Shown piece by piece: positions 17,810 through 27,175 of a DNA stretch of 42,992 bases. Origin of the DNA: an uncultured Flavobacteriaceae bacterium (lineage in GTDB: Bacteria > Bacteroidota > Bacteroidia > Flavobacteriales > Flavobacteriaceae); NCBI GenBank assembly GCA_965367355.1, contig CBDUIO010000001.1, positions 1 to 42,992 of the forward strand. The letters run 5' to 3'. A program made the translations under genes and the position numbers. The notes beneath the pieces were generated by a model. That model worked only from the letters and a program-made list of their open reading frames with translations. It ran no database searches and was not told the origin of the DNA. Numbering within the stretch: position 1 is the first letter of the stretch; each line of letters begins with the position of its first letter.

Positions 17810-19489
17810 ATGAATAAATTAAATAAATATAGTAAGACAGTCACCCAGGATCCAACCCAACCGGCGGCTCAAGCCATGCTTCATGCAATTGGACTGACCA
17901 AAGAAGATTTTTATAAACCAATTGTTGGAATAGCAAGTACGGGATACGAGGGAAACCCTTGTAATATGCACCTGAATGATCTGGCAAAACTAGCTAAAAA
18001 GGGGACAGCAAATGAAGATGTAATTGGATTGATCTTTAATACAATTGGCGTAAGTGATGGAATATCAATGGGAACACCCGGAATGCGTTATTCATTGCCA
18101 TCAAGAGATATTATTGCAGATTCTATGGAAACTGTAGTACAAGCCATGAGTTATGATGGGTTGATCACTGTAGTTGGATGCGATAAAAATATGCCCGGAG
18201 CATTAATGGCCATGATAAGGTTAAACCGACCATCTATATTAATTTATGGAGGAACCATTGATTCAGGTTGTCATAATGGTAGAAAATTGGATATAGTTTC
18301 TGCTTTTGAAGCATGGGGAAGCAAAGTAGCAGGTACTATGGACGAAACGGAATACCAACATATAGTAGAAAAAGCCTGCCCTGGAGCTGGTGCTTGCGGA
18401 GGCATGTATACCGCAAATACAATGGCTTCGGCAATTGAAGCTTTAGGTATGGCGTTACCTTATAATTCATCGAATCCTGCAACAGGTGAAGAAAAGAAAT
18501 TAGAGTCAGTTAGAGCTGGTGAAGCGATGAGAAACTTACTTGAAAAAGACATTAAACCTTTAGATATTATCACTCGGAAATCATTGGAAAATGCAGTTCG
18601 TTTGGTAACTATTTTAGGTGGCTCAACAAATGCCGTATTACACTTTCTGGCCATTGCAAGAGCAGCCCAAATAGAATTTACTTTAGAAGATTTTCAAAAA
18701 ATTAGTGACAATACACCATTCCTGGCAGATCTTAAACCAAGTGGAAAATATCTTATGGAAGATGTTCATGCAGTTGGAGGTATTCCGGCGGTTTTAAAAT
18801 ATTTGCTGAAAAAAGGATTGTTGCATGGCGACTGCTTAACCGTAACAGGTAAAACTCTTGCTGAAAATTTATTGGATGTAAATGATTTAACTGAAGGCCA
18901 GGAGGTTATAAAGCCAATTGAAAATCCTATCAAAATTTCGGGTCACCTAAGAATGTTATATGGCAACCTTGCCGAACAAGGGAGCGTTGCAAAGATTACC
19001 GGGAAAGAAGGGTTGAAATTCTCTGGAAAAGCAAAAGTTTTTGAAGGAGAATATGATGCCAATGATGGTATAAGAGAAGGAAAAGTTGAAAAAGGAGATG
19101 TCGTTGTTATCCGTTATGAAGGACCAAAAGGAGGACCTGGAATGCCGGAAATGTTAAAACCTACTGCCGCAATAATGGGTGCAGGATTGGGAAAAGATGT
19201 GGCTTTGATCACAGACGGACGTTTCTCTGGAGGTACGCACGGCTTTGTAGTTGGTCACATAACGCCTGAAGCTCAGGAAGGTGGAAATATTGCTTTGGTA
19301 AAAGACGGAGATATTATAACTATAGATGCTGAAACTAATTCAATTATTCTTGAGGTTTCAGAGGAAGAATTAAATCAAAGACGAAAAAATTGGAAAGCAC
19401 CAAAATTAAAATTTGATAGAGGTGTCTTATATAAATATGCAAGAACCGTGTCATCAGCATCTAAAGGATGTGTTACTGATGAATTTTAA
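17810..19489 (+). CDS. ilvD: Dihydroxy-acid dehydratase
   Basis: 559 aa. It has [14 protein letters not shown] and [15 protein letters not shown] motifs. Confidence 0.95.
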   Translation: MNKLNKYSKTVTQDPTQPAAQAMLHAIGLTKEDFYKPIVGIASTGYEGNPCNMHLNDLAKLAKKGTANEDVIGLIFNTIGVSDGISMGTPGMRYSLPSRDIIADSMETVVQAMSYDGLITVVGCDKNMPGALMAMIRLNRPSILIYGGTIDSGCHNGRKLDIVSAFEAWGSKVAGTMDETEYQHIVEKACPGAGACGGMYTANTMASAIEALGMALPYNSSNPATGEEKKLESVRAGEAMRNLLEKDIKPLDIITRKSLENAVRLVTILGGSTNAVLHFLAIARAAQIEFTLEDFQKISDNTPFLADLKPSGKYLMEDVHAVGGIPAVLKYLLKKGLLHGDCLTVTGKTLAENLLDVNDLTEGQEVIKPIENPIKISGHLRMLYGNLAEQGSVAKITGKEGLKFSGKAKVFEGEYDANDGIREGKVEKGDVVVIRYEGPKGGPGMPEMLKPTAAIMGAGLGKDVALITDGRFSGGTHGFVVGHITPEAQEGGNIALVKDGDIITIDAETNSIILEVSEEELNQRRKNWKAPKLKFDRGVLYKYARTVSSASKGCVTDEF

Positions 19490-19559
19490 AATATAACAAG
19501 TTCAATTCCTTGAACATAGTCAAAAAGGACTCTAAAGAAAGTAAGAAAAAATAAATCTT

Positions 19560-21296
19560 ATGAAAGAAACTCAAACAATTGAATCCAAATTAAATCCATC
19601 AGAAACTACTGAAAGAATTTCTGGTAGCGAAGCTGTTATAAAATGTTTGCTTGCAGAAGGTGTCGATGTGCTCTATGGTTACCCTGGAGGCGCTATCATG
19701 CCAATATATGATGAGCTTTATAAATATCGGGATAAGATCCATCATGTTTTAACACGCCATGAACAGGGAGCAACGCATGCAGCACAGGGATTTGCAAGAA
19801 TCTCCGGAAGAGTAGGTGTAGCTATGGCGACTTCAGGACCAGGTGCGACAAATCTTATTACCGGAATTGCAGATGCTCAAATAGATTCAACTCCAATGGT
19901 ATGTATTACGGGTCAGGTAGCATCACATTTATTAGGTAGTGATGCTTTCCAGGAAACTGATATTGTTGGAATTTCAACGCCGGTCACAAAATGGAATTAT
20001 CAAATAACTAAGGCTTCCGAGATTCCTGAGATCCTGGCTAAAGCATTTTTTATAGCCAAAAGTGGTCGTCCCGGACCTGTTTTAGTCGATATTACTAAAG
20101 ACGCTCAATTTGAAGAATTTGATTTCAAATATGAAAAATGTAAAAGTGTAAGAAGTTATAAGCCCGTTCCAACAACCGATTTTTTCAAGCTTCAGGCAGC
20201 AGCAGATGCCATAAATTCGGCTAAAAAACCATTGATTGTCTGGGGTCAGGGAATAATTTTAGGGGAAGCAGAAAAGGAGCTGACTGAGGTTATTGAAAAA
20301 GCGGGAATTCCTGCCGCATGGACAATTCTTGGTGCTTCGGCAATTCCTACCTCTCATCCATTAAATGTCGGTATGGTTGGTATGCACGGTAATTATGCGC
20401 CTAATGTTTTAACAAATGAGTGTGATGTTCTTATTGCAATAGGAATGAGGTTTGATGATCGTGTGACGGGTAATTTAGAAACTTATGCAAAACAAGCTAA
20501 GATCATACATTTTGAGATTGATCCGGCAGAAGTTGATAAAAATGTAAAAACAGACATTGCTGTCTTAGGAAATGCAAAAGAAAGTTTAAAACTTTTATTG
20601 CCTTTACTCAACAAAAACAAGCATACAACATGGCTCCAAAAATTTAAGGAATTGTATGAAATTGAGTATGAAAAGGTCATAAAAGGTGATCTGCACCCAA
20701 CAAAGGAAGGTTTGACAATGGGTGAGGTTTTAAAAGAAATCAATAAGCAAACAAAAGGTGAAGCTGCTATAGTTTCAGACGTTGGTCAGCACCAGATGAT
20801 TGCTTGCAGATATGCCGAATTCAATAAAACAAAAAGTAACATTACATCAGGTGGATTAGGTACAATGGGATTTGGACTTCCGGCAGCAATTGGCGCAAAA
20901 ATGGCAGCCCCGGAAAGAGAAGTCGTATGCATCTCTGGTGATGGTGGTTACCAAATGACCATACAGGAATTAGGAACTATTTTTCAAACCAAAGCTGCTG
21001 TTAAGGTAGTTGTTTTGAATAATGACTTTTTAGGTATGGTGCGTCAATGGCAACAATTATTCTTTGATAAGCGATATGCTTCAACAGAAATGGTCAATCC
21101 GGATTTTGTAGCCATCGCCAAAGGATATTACATCAATGCGAAACGAGTTTCTAACCGCGCAGATTTAAAGGATGCGGTTGCTGAAATGATTGCAAGTAAA
21201 GAACCTTATTTCCTAGAAGTTAAAGTAGAAAAAGAGGATAATGTATTTCCAATGATACCATCCGGAGCGAGTGTATCAGATATAAGATTAAGTTAA
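19560..21296 (+). CDS. ilvB: Acetolactate synthase (AHAS) large subunit
   Basis: 578 aa ThDP enzyme. It has GYPGGAIMPIYD, GSDAFQETD and GGLGTMGFGLPAAIGAK...GDGGYQM motifs. Confidence 0.9.
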   Translation: MKETQTIESKLNPSETTERISGSEAVIKCLLAEGVDVLYGYPGGAIMPIYDELYKYRDKIHHVLTRHEQGATHAAQGFARISGRVGVAMATSGPGATNLITGIADAQIDSTPMVCITGQVASHLLGSDAFQETDIVGISTPVTKWNYQITKASEIPEILAKAFFIAKSGRPGPVLVDITKDAQFEEFDFKYEKCKSVRSYKPVPTTDFFKLQAAADAINSAKKPLIVWGQGIILGEAEKELTEVIEKAGIPAAWTILGASAIPTSHPLNVGMVGMHGNYAPNVLTNECDVLIAIGMRFDDRVTGNLETYAKQAKIIHFEIDPAEVDKNVKTDIAVLGNAKESLKLLLPLLNKNKHTTWLQKFKELYEIEYEKVIKGDLHPTKEGLTMGEVLKEINKQTKGEAAIVSDVGQHQMIACRYAEFNKTKSNITSGGLGTMGFGLPAAIGAKMAAPEREVVCISGDGGYQMTIQELGTIFQTKAAVKVVVLNNDFLGMVRQWQQLFFDKRYASTEMVNPDFVAIAKGYYINAKRVSNRADLKDAVAEMIASKEPYFLEVKVEKEDNVFPMIPSGASVSDIRLS

Positions 21297-21298
21297 TT

Positions 21299-21820
21299 AT
21301 GGAAGAGAAAGAAAATTTTACGGTTTCGGTCTATACCGAAAATAATGTGGGAATATTGAATCGCTTATCTGCAATATTCTTGAAACGTCACATTAATATA
21401 GAAAGTTTAACAGTTTCAAAATCTGAAATTGATAATGTCCATAGATTCACTTTTGTAGTTATTGTTCCTAAAACATTAATAAGAAAGGTTGTTGGGCAGT
21501 TAGAAAAGCAAATAGAAGTTATTAAGGCATTCTATCATACAGAAGATGAGATCATATATCATGAAACGGCCCTGTTCAAAATCTCTTCAGAGCATTTATA
21601 TGATGAACAGATTCAGGATAAAATGAAATTCAGAAGGGCTCATATCATTGCGATTACAGAGCGGTATTTTGTGATTGAAGCTTCAGGGTTAAGGGATGAC
21701 ATAGATAATATGTATGAAAAATTAAAACCTTATGGTTTGTTGCAGTTCGTTCGCTCAGGAAGAATAGCAATATCAAGACCCAAAATGGCAATATCAGAAT
21801 TATTAGCAGAAATTAATTAA
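21299..21820 (+). CDS. ilvN: Acetolactate synthase small (regulatory, ACT-domain) subunit
   Basis: 173 aa. It has the N-terminal ACT pattern VYTENNVGILNRLSAIFLKRHINIESLTV. It starts 2 nt after ilvB. Confidence 0.85.
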   Translation: MEEKENFTVSVYTENNVGILNRLSAIFLKRHINIESLTVSKSEIDNVHRFTFVVIVPKTLIRKVVGQLEKQIEVIKAFYHTEDEIIYHETALFKISSEHLYDEQIQDKMKFRRAHIIAITERYFVIEASGLRDDIDNMYEKLKPYGLLQFVRSGRIAISRPKMAISELLAEIN

Positions 21821-21835
21821 AAGATAAAATAGAAA

Positions 21836-23335
21836 ATGGTAAATTATTTTAACACACTTTCATTAAGAGAACAATTAGATCAATTGGGAAAATGCAGGTT
21901 TATGGATTCCTCAGAATTCAGTGAGGGTGTTTCAGCATTAAAAGGAAAAAAAATTGTAATAGTAGGTTGTGGGGCTCAAGGTTTGAATCAGGGATTGAAC
22001 ATGAGAGATTCAGGCCTGGATATTTCTTATGCATTGCGGGATGGAGCGATAAAAGAAAAAAGAGCGTCATATGTAAATGCGACTAAAAATAACTTTAAAG
22101 TTGGCACTTATGAAGAATTGATTCCAGGTGCAGATCTGGTTGCCAATTTAACCCCGGACAAGCAACACACAAGTGTTATAAAGGCCGTTATGCCATTGAT
22201 GAAAAAGGGAGCTACTTTATCCTATTCACATGGATTCAATATAGTTGAAGAAGGTATGCAAATCCGTAAGGATATTACTGTAATTATGGTTGCACCTAAA
22301 TGTCCCGGATCTGAAGTTAGGGAAGAATATAAACGCGGATTTGGAGTACCAACACTAATTGCTGTGCATCCTGAAAATGATCCACAAGGAAAAGGATTAG
22401 CCGAAGCTAAAGCATATGCAGCAGCAACCGGAGGTGATAGAGCAGGTGTTTTACAATCCTCTTTTGTAGCCGAAGTTAAAAGTGATTTGATGGGTGAGCA
22501 AACCATTTTATGTGGCGTTTTGCAAACAGGATCCATTTTATGTTTTGATAAAATGATCGAAGAAGGAATCGAACCGGCTTATGCTTCAAAATTAATTCAA
22601 TTTGGTTGGGAAACTATTACCGAAGCATTGAAACATGGTGGAATTACCAATATGATGGACAGATTGTCCAATCCGGCAAAAATTAAAGCCTTCCAATTAT
22701 CAGAGGAATTAAAAGTTATAATGAAACCATTGTTTGAAAAGCATATGGACGATATCATGTCCGGTCATTTCTCGAAGACCATGATGGAAGACTGGGCTAA
22801 TGATGATGTGAATTTATTAAAATGGAGAGCTGCTACAGGTGAAACAAATTTTGAGAAAACAGCTGCAACATCAGAGCATATCAAAGAGCAGGAGTATTTT
22901 GACCATGGCGTTTTAATGGTTGCCTTTGTACGTGCAGGGGTTGAATTGGCTTTTGATACTATGGTAGCATCAGGAATTATTGAAGAATCAGCTTATTACG
23001 AATCGTTACACGAATTGCCATTAATTGCAAATACTGTGGCAAGAAAAAAATTATTCGAAATGAACAGAATCATTTCTGACACGGCTGAATATGGTTGTTA
23101 TTTATTCGATCATGCATGTAAACCTCTATTAACTGATTTCATGAAAACAGTTAAAACAGATGTTATTGGTAAATCATTTTCTAAATCCAATTCAGTTGAT
23201 AACGTTGAGTTGATAAAGGTTAATGAAGTAATCAGGCAGCATCCTATTGAATCCATTGGAAAAACATTGCGAAGTGCAATGACGGCAATGAAAGTCATAA
23301 AATCTGACACAAAGCAAGAAGCAATTTTATCTTAA
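21836..23335 (+). CDS. ilvC: Ketol-acid reductoisomerase, long (class II) form
   Basis: 499 aa. It has [25 protein letters not shown] and a duplicated knotted C-terminal domain length like E. coli IlvC. Confidence 0.9.
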   Translation: MVNYFNTLSLREQLDQLGKCRFMDSSEFSEGVSALKGKKIVIVGCGAQGLNQGLNMRDSGLDISYALRDGAIKEKRASYVNATKNNFKVGTYEELIPGADLVANLTPDKQHTSVIKAVMPLMKKGATLSYSHGFNIVEEGMQIRKDITVIMVAPKCPGSEVREEYKRGFGVPTLIAVHPENDPQGKGLAEAKAYAAATGGDRAGVLQSSFVAEVKSDLMGEQTILCGVLQTGSILCFDKMIEEGIEPAYASKLIQFGWETITEALKHGGITNMMDRLSNPAKIKAFQLSEELKVIMKPLFEKHMDDIMSGHFSKTMMEDWANDDVNLLKWRAATGETNFEKTAATSEHIKEQEYFDHGVLMVAFVRAGVELAFDTMVASGIIEESAYYESLHELPLIANTVARKKLFEMNRIISDTAEYGCYLFDHACKPLLTDFMKTVKTDVIGKSFSKSNSVDNVELIKVNEVIRQHPIESIGKTLRSAMTAMKVIKSDTKQEAILS

Positions 23336-23345
23336 GAAAAACTAT

Positions 23346-24932
23346 ATGCCATTTTTAGAAATCCCTCAAGAATATAAAATTACATCCTTATTGCATCAGG
23401 ACACCTATTTGGTGTCAGGAAAATTAAAACAATGGAAAGGAGATACGGCTCAGGTTTTCTCAACAATTTCATCAACTAAAGGGTATAAGAAAACACTCTT
23501 AGGCACGGTGCCTAATCTGGGTGAAAAAGAAGCAATAGAAGCCCTGGAATCTGCCTGTACAGCATACGATAAAGGACAAGGTCTTTGGCCGACAATGAAA
23601 GTAATTGACAGAATTACTTGTATGGAAAAATTTGTCAAACAAATGATAACCAAACGAGATGAGATTGTTAAATTACTCATGTGGGAAATTGGAAAAAACC
23701 TACCGGACTCTCAAAAGGAATTTGACAGAACAGTTGATTACATCTACGATACAATTGAGGAATACAAACAAATCGACAGAGATGCAGCCAAGTTTGAAAA
23801 GCATGACGGTATCTATGCCCATATTCGAAGAGGTCCTTTAGGAGTGGTTTTATGCCTTGGTCCGTACAATTATCCTCTTAATGAAACTTTTGCACTTCTG
23901 ATTCCTGCCTTGTTAATGGGAAACACAACTATTTTTAAACCGGCTAAATTTGGAGTATTGCTTATTGCTCCTTTAATGGAGGCCTTTCAAAATAGCTTTC
24001 CAAAAGGTGTGGTAAATGTGATCTTTGGTAGAGGCAGAACATTAGCTTCACCAATTATGCAAACGGGAAGGATCGATGCTTTGGCTTTAATTGGTAATAG
24101 TAAATCGGCAAAATCATTGCAAAAGCTGCATCCAAGAAGTAACAGATTGAAACTTATTTTGGGTCTTGAGGCAAAAAACCCGGGAATTGTTTTGCCAGAT
24201 GCTGATTTGGATTTGGCCATAAGCGAATGTATTGCAGGAACTTTATCATTTAATGGCCAGCGTTGTACGGCTTTAAAAATATTATATGTTCATGAGGATA
24301 TTATAGATGAATTTAATAAGCGGTTTTCTGCGAAAGTGGATGCCCTTAAATTTGGAAATCCATGGGATGAAGGGGCAAAATTAACGCCTTTACCAGAGCC
24401 GGATAAACCGGAATACATTCAGGAATTAATTGATGATGCAATTGCAAAAGGAGCTAATATATTGAATGCAAAAGGAGGAGAAACAACAGATAATTTCATT
24501 TTTCCGGCAGTTCTGTATCCTGTTTCTAAGGATATGAGAGTTTACGAAGAAGAGCAATTTGGTCCTGTTATTCCTGTTGTAGCCTTTAAAAACATCAGTC
24601 AGCCTTTAGATGATATTGCAGAATCAAATTATGGACAGCAAGTAAGTCTGTTTGGTAAGGACATTAAAACCCTGGCACCGTTAATTGATACATTGGTAAA
24701 CTTGGTATGCCGAGTTAATTTGAACAGCTCATGTCAGAGAGGTCCTGATGTTTATCCGTTTACCGGAAGAAAAGATTCAGCAGTTAGTACCCTGAGCGTT
24801 CATGATGCTTTGCGTGCTTTTTCAATAAGAACCTTTGTAGCTTCCAAGGATAACGATTATAATAATGCCATTTTACAAGAATTGTTAGATTCTAAATCAT
24901 CTAATTTTATCAGTACAGACTATATTTTATAA
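23346..24932 (+). CDS. GapN-like (non-phosphorylating, NADP-type) aldehyde dehydrogenase family protein with atypical active-site motif
   Basis: 528 aa. It shows ALDH-fold motifs YNYPLNE, FKPA, the nucleophile motif [17 protein letters not shown] and [15 protein letters not shown], all GapN-like. The canonical LELGGK reads LGLEAK here. It starts 10 nt after ilvC. Confidence 0.7.
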   Translation: MPFLEIPQEYKITSLLHQDTYLVSGKLKQWKGDTAQVFSTISSTKGYKKTLLGTVPNLGEKEAIEALESACTAYDKGQGLWPTMKVIDRITCMEKFVKQMITKRDEIVKLLMWEIGKNLPDSQKEFDRTVDYIYDTIEEYKQIDRDAAKFEKHDGIYAHIRRGPLGVVLCLGPYNYPLNETFALLIPALLMGNTTIFKPAKFGVLLIAPLMEAFQNSFPKGVVNVIFGRGRTLASPIMQTGRIDALALIGNSKSAKSLQKLHPRSNRLKLILGLEAKNPGIVLPDADLDLAISECIAGTLSFNGQRCTALKILYVHEDIIDEFNKRFSAKVDALKFGNPWDEGAKLTPLPEPDKPEYIQELIDDAIAKGANILNAKGGETTDNFIFPAVLYPVSKDMRVYEEEQFGPVIPVVAFKNISQPLDDIAESNYGQQVSLFGKDIKTLAPLIDTLVNLVCRVNLNSSCQRGPDVYPFTGRKDSAVSTLSVHDALRAFSIRTFVASKDNDYNNAILQELLDSKSSNFISTDYIL

Positions 24933-25068
24933 TATAGAAGTATGATAAAACAGATTAAAAATGAATTATTTATAATAAAATAATGTCATTTTGTTGAATT
25001 TCATAATTATTAATAAAAAGTCAAGCGGATTAAACAGTTAATTCAATTTAATTTTTAGTTTTACACCA

Positions 25069-25137
25069 ATGAATACTCAAAAAAATAAAATACGTACGTT
25101 TTTACCCAGGTTACCCGAGCGCAACCGTCGCCGCTAA
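25069..25137 (+). promoter_or_regulatory. Candidate arginine leader peptide uORF1 (MNTQKNKIRTFLPRLPERNRRR)
   Basis: 22 codons, of which 6 are Arg. Four of the last five codons are Arg (CGC AAC CGT CGC CGC TAA). It lies in the 430-nt leader of the arg operon. Confidence 0.45.
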
Positions 25138-25186
25138 TTCTTCTTTTTAGGAACAAACCTTTTTACGTAATTTTTATTTATTCATC

Positions 25187-25279
25187 ATGTTTACATCAAG
25201 TTTTAAGTCAGTCTTTATAAAATTAGTTATTAAAAATAACGTGATTTCAAGTCGACCTAATTTTCCGCGTCGCCCTTAA
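25187..25279 (+). promoter_or_regulatory. Candidate second leader uORF2 (MFTSSFKSVFIKLVIKNNVISSRPNFPRRP)
   Basis: 30 codons ending CCG CGT CGC CCT TAA (Pro-Arg-Arg-Pro-stop). It shares the CGTCGCC string with the end of uORF1. Its last codons form the 5' arm of a GC-rich hairpin. Confidence 0.35.
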
Positions 25280-25287
25280 GGGTGTGC
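25267..25287 (+). promoter_or_regulatory. GC-rich hairpin over the uORF2 Arg-Arg-Pro-stop
   Basis: GCGTCGCCC-TTAA-GGGTGTGC gives 8 pairs, including 2 G-U pairs and 1 bulge. The stop codon TAA lies in the loop. It is unusual for its GC content in this leader. Confidence 0.4.
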
Positions 25288-25296
25288 TATTAATTG

Positions 25297-25325
25297 GGAA
25301 CTCAAGGTGTGTCCGGTTCTGTTTT
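25297..25325 (+). terminator. Weak stem plus U-tract (possible attenuator terminator) 40 nt before the first arg gene
   Basis: GGAAC(u)C(aa)GG-UGUGU-CCGGUUCU is followed by GUUUUC. The stem is interrupted by bulges. Confidence 0.3.
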
Positions 25326-25365
25326 CGAAAATCAATTTTAATAACAATAATAAAAGATCAAAATA

Positions 25366-25989
25366 ATGGAAATCATTATTGCCGATAAATCACATAGCAT
25401 TTATGCAAATATTATTTGCGAATCTATTGCTGAAGCCGCTCAGGTCAGGGGAACAGGTATTGCCAAAAGAACTCCAGATTACATTATAAATAAAATGGAG
25501 AAAGGTAATGCTGTCATTGCGCTGGACGGAGATAAGTTTGCTGGATTTTGTTACATTGAATCCTGGAGTCATGGCAAATTTGTAGCCAATTCCGGACTAA
25601 TAGTTCATCCGGATTATCGGGGAAATGGGCTGGCTAAAAAAATAAAAAAAGTAGTTTTTGAACAGTCCAGAAATAAATTTCCAGACTCCAAAGTATTCAG
25701 TATTACTACTGGATTGGCTGTTATGAAAATGAACAGTGAATTAGGATACAAACCGGTTACCTTTTCTGAATTAACAGATGATCCATCATTTTGGAGCGGC
25801 TGTCAGACTTGTAAGAATTATGATGTTTTACAACGTACAAATCAAGCCATGTGCTTGTGTACAGGAATGCTTTATGATCCAGTAAAAATCAATGAGTCTA
25901 AAAGGCATGAGCACAAATATGATAAAAAAGTTTGGACGCGATTAAAAAATATAAAACAGATCAGGTTTTTAAAAAACAATAAAAAATGA
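25366..25989 (+). CDS. GNAT-family acyltransferase, first gene of the arginine operon (candidate N-acyl-glutamate synthase)
   Basis: 207 aa. It has a GNAT acyl-CoA motif region (VHPDYRGNGLAKKI). The C-terminus has a CxxC-x13-CxC cluster. Its stop overlaps the argG start (ATGA). Confidence 0.6.
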   Translation: MEIIIADKSHSIYANIICESIAEAAQVRGTGIAKRTPDYIINKMEKGNAVIALDGDKFAGFCYIESWSHGKFVANSGLIVHPDYRGNGLAKKIKKVVFEQSRNKFPDSKVFSITTGLAVMKMNSELGYKPVTFSELTDDPSFWSGCQTCKNYDVLQRTNQAMCLCTGMLYDPVKINESKRHEHKYDKKVWTRLKNIKQIRFLKNNKK

Positions 25990-27173
25990 GTCAATCAAAA
26001 AAATTAGTCATTGCATATAGTGGCGGATTAGATACTTCGTATTGTGCTGTAAGTCTTTCTCAAGAAGGTTTTGAGGTACATGCTGTGAGCGTGAATACCG
26101 GCGGGTTTTCAAAAAAGGAAATTAAACAGATAGAGGAGAATGCCTATAAAATGGGCGTGTCAACCTATAAAAACATTGATGCCGTTTCAACATTCTATCA
26201 AAAGGTCATAAAGTATTTGGTTTTTGGTAACGTATTGAAAAATAATACATATCCATTGTCTGTTAGTGCTGAGCGAATCATTCAGGCCATTGAAATTGTT
26301 GAATATGCTAAAAGTATTGATGCTAAATATATTGCCCATGGCAGTACAGGAGCAGGAAATGACCAGGTGAGGTTTGATATGATATTTCAAACATTGGCGC
26401 CGGATATCAAGATCATTACTCCTATAAGAGATAAAAAATTGTCAAGACAAGAAGAGATCGAATTTTTAAAAAGTAACGGAATTGACATGTCCTGGGATAA
26501 GGCTAAATATTCAATAAATAAAGGACTTTGGGGGACAAGTGTTGGGGGACAGGAAACATTAACTTCAGATAAACCCTTACCAAGCGAAGCCTATCCGTCA
26601 CAATTAGAACATACTGAAGATGAAAAGGTTACTTTGACTTTTATAAAAGGCGAATTGTTTGCTGTTAATGGAATAGAGAACGATCCAGAGGTTAATATAG
26701 AAGTGTTAAACAGACTGGCTTCAGCCTATGCAATAGGAAGAGATATTCATGTAGGTGATACCATAGTCGGGATAAAAGGCAGGGTAGGTTTTGAAGCTCC
26801 TGCGGCCTTAATAACCATAAAAGCACACCATTTATTAGAAAAACATACGCTTACCAAATGGCAATTACAGCATAAGGAATATTTAGCCAGCTTTTATGGT
26901 ATGCATCTTCACGAAGGTCAGTACCTTGATCCTGTTATGAGAAATATTGAAGCTTTTCTGGAAAGTAGCCAAAAAATGGTTTCAGGTGATGTTCTTGTGA
27001 CTTTAAAACCGTATCATTTTACTTTGGATGGAATCATTTCAGATCATGATCTCATGAAGGCAAAGTTTGGCAGTTATGGAGAAATGAATACAGGATGGTC
27101 GGCAGATGAAGCTAAAGGTTTTATTAAGATCCTTGGCAATCAAAACAAAATATATCATCAAGTAAATTCATAA
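25986..27173 (+). CDS. argG: Argininosuccinate synthase
   Basis: 395 aa, with AYSGGLDTS and HGSTGAGNDQVRF motifs. Confidence 0.9.
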   Translation: MSQSKKLVIAYSGGLDTSYCAVSLSQEGFEVHAVSVNTGGFSKKEIKQIEENAYKMGVSTYKNIDAVSTFYQKVIKYLVFGNVLKNNTYPLSVSAERIIQAIEIVEYAKSIDAKYIAHGSTGAGNDQVRFDMIFQTLAPDIKIITPIRDKKLSRQEEIEFLKSNGIDMSWDKAKYSINKGLWGTSVGGQETLTSDKPLPSEAYPSQLEHTEDEKVTLTFIKGELFAVNGIENDPEVNIEVLNRLASAYAIGRDIHVGDTIVGIKGRVGFEAPAALITIKAHHLLEKHTLTKWQLQHKEYLASFYGMHLHEGQYLDPVMRNIEAFLESSQKMVSGDVLVTLKPYHFTLDGIISDHDLMKAKFGSYGEMNTGWSADEAKGFIKILGNQNKIYHQVNS

Positions 27174-27175
27174 AT

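Noticed and set aside
19500-19515. A perfect GTTCAA-ttcc-TTGAAC hairpin between ilvD and ilvB.
   Set aside because: The stem is short and has no U-tract, and it sits inside an obviously co-transcribed operon. It is more likely incidental or a minor RNA-stability element. There is not enough evidence for a terminator or regulatory call.
24962-25012. Two TGAAT-containing segments (aaTGAATtatttataa at 24962 and gtTGAATttcataatt at 24995) that could be ArgR ARG boxes upstream of the arg leader.
   Set aside because: Only the TGAAT half matches the TGAAT-N4-ATTCA consensus. The 3' halves do not match. The 33-nt spacing is not the canonical tandem-box arrangement, and such strings are expected by chance in AT-rich DNA. 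An ArgR site cannot be excluded without a genome-specific motif model.
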